A DNA stretch of 64,000 nucleotides. Source: Lytechinus pictus. Lineage: Eukaryota. The position numbers and the translations under genes were made by a program. The stretch is from NCBI RefSeq assembly GCF_037042905.1, contig NC_087251.1, positions 26,352,001-26,416,000 of the forward strand, in the 5' to 3' direction. The notes under the pieces are model-generated. The model did not search any database and was not told where the DNA came from. It saw only the letters and a list, made by a program, of their open reading frames with translations. Shown here in pieces: positions 13,201 to 23,900 of this stretch; position 1 is the stretch's first letter, and every line of letters begins with the position of its first letter.

Positions 13201-16200
13201 AAACCTTGTATTTCCTCTCCTTTTTTTTTAAATCCATCAACTGAAATCCTGTACAAATACAAGGGCAGACAATCCCATTGGAAACAGTTTTATGAAATCT
13301 GCTTTTATTAACTCACCTAAACATTTACCATATAACTGATACAAGGTTTTGTTCCCCAGCATTGACAAGCTCCCTTGGTATGCAAACCCTAAGTGCAATA
13401 TGACTGGAGGGGGGGGGGGGGGGCTAATGGCAGAAAGGATTGGATCAAACATATCCTAAATGCCTGCTTTATGATAAGTTGAAAATCAGGTTGTGTTAAT
13501 TTTCAGATTTGTATTCAATATCAACTTCTTCCGCCATTTAGCCCCTGCTAGCTTTTTAAAGCATCTCAACCATGAAGTTTAGAGTTAAAATTGAAATTGT
13601 TATATTCCATACAGACGGGCATACACATTGGGTGAAATAATCAACTTTGAATTCATAAGGGCAGATCACCCATATGCTCCTTTGATAAAAAAAAATATAT
13701 GCAAACCTTGAATGCACCACGACCCATTACCATGACAACATATATTTTGAGAGAGATATTTACCCCCGTATTAGGCACACGTGAGATGCAGATTTGGAAG
13801 TGCGGAGTTCGGTTAGTAGTAGAAGTAGCAGCCACGATGTGTTCCTCGGAGCCTGCTTCCTGGAGGGAGCCTGGGATGGTTACCATGGTAACAGCAGGGG
13901 CGGAGGTGGAGGTGGGGGACGGGAGGGGGCTGTAGGAGGCGGAGGATGATGATGAGGGGTGGGGTTGATGTGGGCCATCATGGTGGCCGTTTGAGATGAT
14001 TTGGGGGTTGCCGGCCACGTTAATTATAATGGAAGATGTGTGTCGAGAGTCTCCATTCACTCTCTGTGTGGATCGTATAATATATTCATTTCAATTTTTT
14101 ATCAATGTTTTTTTAATGATTTATGCAGATAGTTCAGTGAGGTGACATTTACATTGGTTGAGGGGGATACGAACAATTTTGATAAAGGTGGTCGGAGATC
14201 ATCCAATTTTGTACAAATTTGTGAATTTACAAGTGTTTTTTTTTTTCATCAGGAAATATGTTTTTAAATGTTGTGTGTATTGTATCATAAGAAGAAGAAT
14301 GAGTTCATTGTTGTGAAAGAGCATAGGAAAGGTAATGTCAGTGGTAGATACATGCAGGATCATTCACAATACAAGAATCATACAAAATAAGTATAATAGT
14401 ATCAATGAAGTCATTCAGTTTAGTGATGAAGTAGGAATGAACCAATATACACACGATATGTCATTTGTAAAGAGAGTTGATTAATGAATGAAGGACATAA
14501 CACATGAATTCCATGATCACAAAAGGCATACAATCAACAGTCCAAATTATACAGGTGATGATACATATATTTTTATTATTGGAATGAGCATGAAAATATA
14601 TATATGTACAAATATACAATTCATTCAAGTTTTAACAATATGGAAATGACAAAACATCACAATGGACAATGACATCACAATAAAACAATAGACAGATGTG
14701 GAATGTTTGATGAAGTAAATTACCACAATGTCAACATTCAAGATAAATAAATTATATATGTGTGTGTAAGTGTGTCAAATGATATTATAGGATATTAATT
14801 CATTAAAATAATGTGCAGAGTGAATAATATGTTAGAAATGTTAGTAAAGGAGAAATGATGTGAATTTTGGAGTGAGATCAAATTGAGGAATAGGGGTGAA
14901 GGGGTGTGTTTTAAGGTATGACGGGATAAGGATAAAAGCAAAAAAACAGAAATATATGCCAGAAAGTTAGAAAACATATATCTCTCTCTCTGTTAGATTA
15001 TATCAAATATTAGATACAAACTTATCTACATATCTATAATAGTTCAAACACACTAATGGTACATGTAAAATCAAACAAACAGCATTATTTCCCATTATAG
15101 CAAATGATTAATTCTAAGACTGGTTCTCTATAGATCATAATGTTTATCAAAAGCAATTGAAGGTCACTTAGTCACAAAAAGTCTACTGGAAGTGTTATGA
15201 TACTGAGAATGAAATATAAACATTGGCAAGTACGAGATCAAAATCTTTAATAAAAAAATCTTTAATTTGAAAATACCTATAGATGGTTAACTAATCAATA
15301 GTTGCATTAATTAATCAGTGTGGTTTCTTATAGTATATTTCATTTTTTTTTGTAAAAAAAAGTTAATAAATTGTATCATATGGTATCTATGATAATTGTT
15401 AAATTTATATCAAATCACATACATATGTTTTTGTTTTCTTTCTCAAAAAACAGCACCTTGCATAGCATATATATGACATATTATCCACATCTTACAATAC
15501 ATTTTGCAATCAGTCACTCTTATGAAGCTATTTACAATTAATTCAATACTTCCATTAACAAGATATGAATTCCTAGGTCCAATTTTAGAAGTTACTTTGG
15601 AAGCCTTCATAAATATCTAGTAGGGATGTTCTTATACATTTATCTCAAATACACTTTCATTACAATCTTTACCAAACATTGCTATATTCAGTAAAGTGTA
15701 GTATAGTATAGTATAGTATAGTATAGTATAGTATAGTATAGTATACCACAATATTCATTAGGAAGACTGATTTTGTATTTAAAGAATTATGTACATATTT
15801 TTACATGAGCAGCTTTACATTAAAAAAGTTCAATGATTAGAACATACATATTTGACTTTGTTTATAATTTGGGAATCTTTTCCCCGAGATGACATCCAAA
15901 TGTATTTGAAATTCATTCAAGTTTAACATATTATATAACCAAATTGTATAGAAAGTAATCTCTGATTGGTCCAAGTGTGAATCTTAGGATTTGGCGTTGA
16001 CATCACATTGGGCAATATAACCATGATTTCTTTTTTAATTATCTCTTCTTACTTTAAAAGAAACATAATTATCACTTTTCTTCACCAAGATTATATGAAG
16101 AGGAGTTAAAATTGGAACATGCTTACTATGATTTATCTAAACTACATCACAAAAGCATGCAAGTCAAAACTAGGTTGAATTGGACCACACTTTTATGGAG

Positions 16201-19200
16201 TGCCAATTGGCAACTTATTCACCAAGTATAAATTATTTTGATACTACAGTGAATATTTGCCTTTTTGAATTTCTGTTATGAAATTTGAAAAAAAGATAAA
16301 GACATTATGACCACATTTAATATAAATGAATTATTATTATTTGATACATTATCTTTGTCATGAATATTAAGAAAATAATTGAACTTAGCATTCCATATAA
16401 GCGTGGACTAAAATTCATAAGTATAGAGTTAAACCTGGGTTTAATTCTGAAAATATCATCCCATGGTTTATACAGACAAACAAGATACCAGTACATACTA
16501 TCAAAGCTGACTGAGAGGCATACTTCAATCACTACAGTATCGAGGGTCCATTTAATCAAAGAGTAGTTCTGGCCAAAGGCTCGAAATGTGGAAGAAACAT
16601 TCTCCAAAGGATTGGGAAAAGTTGATTAAAATGCATGATGAATTCATGATGAATTTATGTATGCTGCATGATTCTAAGAATATCCAAAATGATAAGAAAT
16701 TATTACATTGTGAGTCAACTGCAATTTACACAGAAATATATGCACTATGGGACTTAACATTTCAAAGTTTTCTCTATTCAAATTTTGAATGAAAGGGCAT
16801 TTGAACAGTAATTTGCAGGAAACACCAAATGGCACATAGAGAATTGTTTCGATACTGATGGATTGCCAATATTAAGGGTACTAAAATTGGCATAACTATA
16901 CCTCTCGGTCAGCTTTGGTTGCTTCCTTCACCAATATCCCAACTAAACCCATATCATCAATCATTGGATTGGATTCCTACCTCCCTCTCCTGTACAGCAT
17001 TGTAGGCATCGGGGGCCAGGAGCTTCCGAAGGTCATCCTGAACGCGATTGTTTGCCTGAGCCTTGAGGGGCGTGGTCCCACCACTCCTTACGGTGGGCGT
17101 GGTGGCCGAGTTGCCCCGTGACCTGGCAGCAAGGGATTCGTTGGATGACTTGTGACCATCAAGAGGTCTTCTAGAAATAAAAGTTTGAAAATACCTTAAT
17201 TATTAATAGATACAAAGGTGATCACCAGTCGAGTTCAATAATCATATTCCTTTTTTCTTTTCATGTATTCCACAGCAAAGTGTCCAATGAAACAACATCA
17301 TTTTACCTTTTTTACTCTCTCTGTTCCTGAGGAAGTTATCAAATGGAAACAGTTCACCAATGTATTTGTTTTTAAACATCAAAACTAGAGAATAAATTAA
17401 CAGCTGAAATACTGATGAATGTAATTTTACAGTTTGACAGATCAATGCTCCAACAGTGTCTTTGAACAATCACCATTCAAATAATGAATGACTTTTTATC
17501 CACATGGTCTTTAGGTTAAACTCAACAGAATGACACATACCTTCTTGCCATTTTAGGGCTTGTGCTGGACTCACTCATGCTGCTACTGGAAGATGCAGAT
17601 GGTGCTCCGCCTCTCCTGTGTATACTGACATAGTCTCCAGATCCGCCCCGCCTTGGACTCTGTGCCCTCTTACGGACCGTCTCAGGACTCTGTGCAGATC
17701 TCCCTGGCATCGGGCTACGTGCGGGCGACTGTCTGCTTGCTCTGAGGCTACCGTAGTCTCTCGATGCCCCTGTTCCTGAGCCACCAGAGAGGGTGGAGTG
17801 GGTGGAGTGGTCACTGATGTTGCTAGGTGTGGCATGGTGATGTGGTACGATGCCTGCAAGGTGGTTTGGGCGCTGTAGTCTCGGTTGCTCCATGTCAATT
17901 CCCTCCCTGCTTCTTGACTGAAGGGAAGTGAAAAGCAGGCTAACATGAATTTACCAGAATAAGAAATTGTAATACCGGTAGTTGAAATCAAGTAAGGAAA
18001 CCAATTTCACCATATCTTTAAGGCAAAATGTTATAAAGATCTAATTCACTTTTTACCAATTCCCTTGACAGGATGAGGATGTATTTAAGGTCCAAATGCA
18101 TAGTTTGTCTAAAGACATGAAAAACCCGGGGGACTGACTTAGAAGGTGGTAGTAAATCTACTGTAGTTGCTAGACTTTCATTTTGCTCCATCTATTTTAG
18201 CTAGATATACAAGATTAAACCCACCCCTGCATTACTTGACTGACTTTAAAGTAAATTAAACATGCAAAGATTGTCTTTACCTGATATAGCTGTTCCGTTG
18301 GGCTGTAACGCTCAGCCATTGCATAGTTACTCCTATTCTCTTCCTTGGTATCCTGTGAGCCGGGTGCATTGGTCGCTGCTGGGTTGGTACGGTACATGCC
18401 CTCTGGAACGTCCTTGGAGACGGTCACACCATTGTCATGGTAACCATTAGCATCGTCTCCCGTATCATACCACTTCTCGTCGCTGGTGTTGGTTGACAGG
18501 GTGTCTCCACTGCTTGTGTGCTTTATTGTTGCCTGGTGATTTTAAATATTAAAGAAGAAGGATAAATGTTAAGTTGAAATTAACTGAATTGCAGCTATAC
18601 ACATAATGTAAGCTGACAAATTGAAAAATTGGCACGGATTGATATAGGAATGACTTTCACCCGTGATGCACTTATTTCCCCATGATGTAACTTGAGCTAA
18701 CAAGGGAAAAGCTGCACCATGGGAGGAAATATTAAATTAAAAAAAAAAATCCAAACATATGCCTTCTAATGTTGTCAATATGAGAATAGCCCGGAAAATA
18801 AGTTGAGATTTTTCCCTGCATCCTTTAGCTATTTTCCAACTAATCCCTTTTATATCATTATTCGAATGTAGATGATTAAAAAACAAGTGGAATGCCTCTG
18901 GCGGTCTCACCTGCATCACGCGATTCAATATAGCAGCAGTGCTGACTTTGAAAACTACTATAACTCGCACAAGATGTTCAGTGTTACTTGGTTACTCTCA
19001 TGTACACGTTTTATGAACTAGACCAATACACTTACAGAGATATGATGGTAATTCAACAAATACCCCCAACATGGCCAAGTTCATTGACCTTACATGACCT
19101 TTGACCTTGAACATGTGACCTAAAACTCGCACAGGATGTTCAGTGATACTTGATTACTCTTATGTCCAAGTTTCATGAGTCAGATCCATAAACTTTAAAA

Positions 19201-20909
19201 GTTATGATGGTAATTCAACAGATACCCCCATTATGGCCAAAGTTCATTGACCTTTGACCTTGGTCATGGGACCTGAAATGCGCACAGGATGTTCAGTGAT
19301 ACTTGATTACTCTTATGTCCAAGTTTTATGAACTAGACCATTATAATCGCTGATGTGGTTTACGGTACACCATGTGAAGTGTTGTAGAAACAGTGGATAG
19401 GAGAAGAGAAGAAATGGATAGGCGAGAAAGTGGAGATTTGAGAGTAGAGTATTCTTTCTTGAAAGTAGTCCTGAAAAGGACTGTAAACCAGGAAAGATTG
19501 ATGAGTTGAGAACAGCTTGAGGAGTAGAGCTAGTGAGGAGATGCTGGCTTGAGTCGGCGAGTAGAGATGATGAGTAGTAGAGAGACTCGACGTTTCGGGC
19601 AGGTTGACTGTCCGTCTCCTGAAGACTTCAAAAACTTAACCTTAGGTTAAGATTTTGATGTTGATTCCCCCAACATGGTCTAAGTTCATTGACCTTAAAT
19701 GACCTTTGACCTTGGTCATGTGACATGAAACTCAGGCAGGATGTTCAGTAATACTTGATTAACTTTATGGCCAAGTTTCATGAACTAGGTCCATATACTT
19801 TCTAAGTTATGTTGTCATTTCAAAAACTTAACCTTCGGTTAAGATTTGGTGTTGACGCTGCCGCCGCCGTCGGAAAAGCGGCGCCTATAGTCTCACTCTG
19901 CTATGCAGGTGAGACAAAAACCAGATTTTAACAGATTTTAATAGGTTCTCTTATCTCAAGAAACTGCATCTCTCTATCCTTAATTTCCATTGGAAATGTG
20001 CTCTTATTTGAGGGATGGATTTCTTCACAAAAAAAAAACTCTAAAAAGATGGGAAATTATTAATTTTGTTCCGATGGTATCATCGGTCTATAACTCTGTT
20101 CCTTTTCACCTTAAAAATAAATTATCTATTTATTTGGAAAAATTGGGAGATTTTCAGCATAGATTTTTTCATATTTTACTTTATATTCAGCATAAATAAA
20201 TGCTGATGATTATGTAACCTTCTTCTTCTTCTCTTATTGATTTCTTCCAGTCTTGGAGAATTGCGAGATCCAGTGGATGGATACACAGAAAAAGTAGCTT
20301 GACAGGAATATAGAGAAAGGATAGAGATAAGAGCTTGGAACAGGAAGAGGATGGGCTCCAATATATCACAGGAATGTCTAATTGCTATTCACCAACAAAG
20401 AATATTGACTTAAAATTATCACAATAAACCTTAATAAAATACTATAATAATAATAATTATCAGCAATCGATATTATGGTCTTACCTGTGCTACATTATGA
20501 AGTGGATATCTAGCTTTGGGAGTGACAAACTGAGGCTGTTGCTTGTCCTGCTCTCTGCCCCTATCCTGGGGGGAGGGGTTGGCTTCATTTGGTCTATGCC
20601 AATTAGGGTTGGTCACATCTTTGTAAACTGAGAAAATAAGAGAACCAAATTAATGTCACCAAATACTATTTTGAGTAGTCTTAAAGATAAATGAGAGCTA
20701 TTTCCCAAGATCTTCTTGGGTAATCATATGGTATGATAATGTTAAGTGAAGAGTGGTGAAGATAGGTGATGATGATGCAGCTGCTGCTGCTGCTGCTGAT
20801 GATGATGATGATGAGTTTTCTCTATTTCATGTCTGTCTGTTATTGGCTGGACTCCGTATCCACATGGGTAAGAATGAGGAGGAGGATGGTGGTGGTGACA
20901 TTGGGGATG

Positions 20910-20941
<32 letters not shown>

Positions 20942-23900
20942 GATGATGATGATGGATGATGGATGATGGATGATGGATGATGATGATGACGACGACGATG
21001 ATGGCAATGATATCAATGATGATGATAATGATGATGATGATAGCAATGATATCAATGATGATGATGATGATGATGATGGTGTTGATATCAATGATGAACT
21101 AATATTCTTCTTACAAGATAAACAATGTTATTAAACTCTAACGAGTAACACAGAGTTTAAAATGCAAAACTAACAAAGAATTACCTATCTCAATGTCTCA
21201 AATCATGAAATAATTTAAAATGAATATAAAATTTACTTGGTAAAGACAGAGCTTAGTTTAAACATGGGTTAATGCACATACTCTTGCCTATGAGAATGTT
21301 ACCTTAAAAACAAATGGTAACTTTATTCACTGCCACCATCATTTACCTTTTGTTACTGCTTATTTTATTACAAAGCAATGTAAAAATCTTTTACGTAAAT
21401 AAAATATAAATACTCAGCCATAAAAAGGCTGCAAGTTTAAAGTCAATGGAATAATAAGTTCTTAGATACATCCTTCTATCAAGAAAGAGTTAAGTTCAGA
21501 AATTTTTACTTTGGACGTTGTGTATCTTTTTTTTTGGGGGGGAGGGGTAAGAAGCTCAAGGTAAAAGCAGAAAAGTGGGGTCAAATATTTTTTTTTCAAC
21601 TCACTAATCATTTGCAGTACATTTTTTAAAACTAAATTGCAGATAAGCTTATATTTGCTCAGGTTTTATTCATGCAGATGTTAAAGAGTGTCAGCTTGGG
21701 CGTGAACAAATTCTATTCAATGAAGTGAGAAATACAATCATAATTATGAATAAATCTACCGAACTTAAACCATAAATAAAAGAGTAAACAGCAAGCCTGA
21801 AATGTGCTAAATACCATACAGAAATTCACACCGCAGGAAGTAGAGCCAGATTGATGGCTTGTAGCAACCATATCCAACAACCAAAAACAACAAAATGACA
21901 CACTCCAATAACAACCATCCAATCATAATACACCATTTGAAAATCACCAATAATCCCCTTCACTCCTCACAGCTACAGACCTCCCAATATTTCTTGCTGG
22001 AAAAGAGCTAAAAATTATGTTTCCTAACTCGAAATTCAATAGTCTGCATGCCTGTACATGAAAGGGCTGATAACAAGTTGGTGGAGGAGTACTATCCATT
22101 AATTGTGATTACTCATAAGAAGATAAATTTCATCTTAAAGTCAATTCAAAGATTCTATCTTTATTTTATATACATTCTAGACTTATATTTCAGTACTTAA
22201 AAGCTGGTAAAATTTTAGTTGAACCAGATAGACCTTTAAAATCAAAGCAGCTAATAATTATGCCGACGACTGGTGATTAATAATTCAATATTTTAATCTG
22301 CCCCTATTTTTTACAATACTTGGTGTTGCCAATTTTGTAATTTAAAATCTAAGGGTGTGTGTGCAGCCATTGTGATTAAAGCGAGTGCAGAGTGCCTTTA
22401 AAGATCTCACCCTTGACTGGATGTTGGACATGAGAAGGAGCAGACATACACCTGTTGAGTGCTGATTGCATTAGAGCAAAAATTACATCAATAATATCCC
22501 TGAAGTCGTACATTTATATCATTCTTAAGATACTTCTGAATAGCTTGAATGCACTGCTCCAGTAACTGATAAAATGTTTCCCAGTTGATCAAAGAGGACA
22601 TTCAATAGTTTATTGATCTCAATAGAGCCCTTTTTACAAGATATTGACAATTTATAATATTCTTGATGGAATAGAGAAATCTAAAAATATCTTCATTCCC
22701 AAATTGAACATCAAAATCATTCTTGCAGAATTTTGAATTTGATTAGTTTTAGTAACTCTGACATCCCACTTTGCAGAATTTCATATAAAGTTGGCTTGAA
22801 TGATAAATTTCATATGGAAATTCACTTGTACGATATTGGATGGGATCACTAGATTGAAGTCCCACATATAAGGTTAAGAGATGGAGTAAATACTTGAACT
22901 GCATAATAATCTTGAATTGTTGTACCTCTAGTCCTGTAGTTATCCAGGCTGTCCTCGAGGGATCCCTGCCTAGAATGGGCTCCAGTCCCAATACGATCCA
23001 GGTCCTCCTGAGAACTCCTGAGCCTAGCTTGCATGTCATTAGGTCTCCTCCTCTGCTCCCTGGCACTCCTTCTCTCATGGACCATCCTCATAAAGGACCG
23101 ATCACCCGCATCATGGGACAAACCCCTACTGTGACCACTACCACGGGAGGATACCTCTTGAGGCGTGGTCCCACCACCGGTGTTCGCCTGCTGGTGTGCG
23201 CGGGTGTTCACATCTTTCCAGTAGTCAACAGCAGCACGGTAAGGGTGCTTGTTGGCGGAGCCGCCCGATGGTGGATCCGTGACGTTAATGCGACGCTCGA
23301 AGGTCGTGATGGCCGAGCGCACGCTGCCTTTGACCGGTAGACCTTCTTCATTAGTGCCTGGAGGGTAGATAGGTGTGTTGGGGGCTGAGCGCAGCATCGA
23401 TGGGGGTTGCCCAGGTGTGGATGCAGATCGGGAATGATGTGCTGACTGTCTAAGATCTAACAGGAAAACATAAAAAAAATATATTACGAAGTTTGACTGC
23501 ATAAATACGATATGGTTCTTTTCTAACAAACTTTCTATATGATCATCAGTATTCTAGTGGATCTAGAAAATATACAATGACGAACTGATCAAGAAGCAGG
23601 GAAACACAGGGGACAAATATGTCCAGTAAAAGAATGGCAGATGAATACTATATTGTTGCTTACCTCTGCTTGACATTGCCAGAGATGAAGAGATCTTATG
23701 AGGTCCTTTGCCAGTGCTTGTACCTCTGTTGAAACCCTGTCTTGCCCCTCCTGGTTGGGTCACTGCTTCACTGTTACCCATATACTCAATTGGTGTACTT
23801 CCTCTGCAAGGGGTAAGAATAAAATCAAATATAGCTATCCACTGCATGCTCAGTCAAATTTTCCCAAAAAGGCAGTTAAGCTGTACACTGAAACAAGTGT

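Noticed and set aside
16902..16942. Small exon just downstream of exon 22 (ends GAG|GTATAG)
   Set aside because: The intervening intron would be under 40 nt, and read-through hits TGA.
18960..19800. CRISPR-like periodic repeats
   Set aside because: Eukaryotic locus; whole units repeat without unique spacers, and there are no cas genes.
20219..20297. Possible exon (...[13 protein letters not shown])
   Set aside because: No phase 0->0 splice solution; weak donor.
20753..21091. Poly-Asp/Met/Ser ORFs (also the poly-His ORF at 26384-26668)
   Set aside because: Translations of trinucleotide microsatellites.
22894..22925. Extension of exon 17 to the CAA|GTATTT donor
   Set aside because: Phase 0 would hit a stop in exon 19, and the sequence is already AT-rich and intron-like. 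It could only work if exon 19 were skipped.
22894..23340. 148-aa plus-strand ORF
   Set aside because: Antisense shadow of exon 17.
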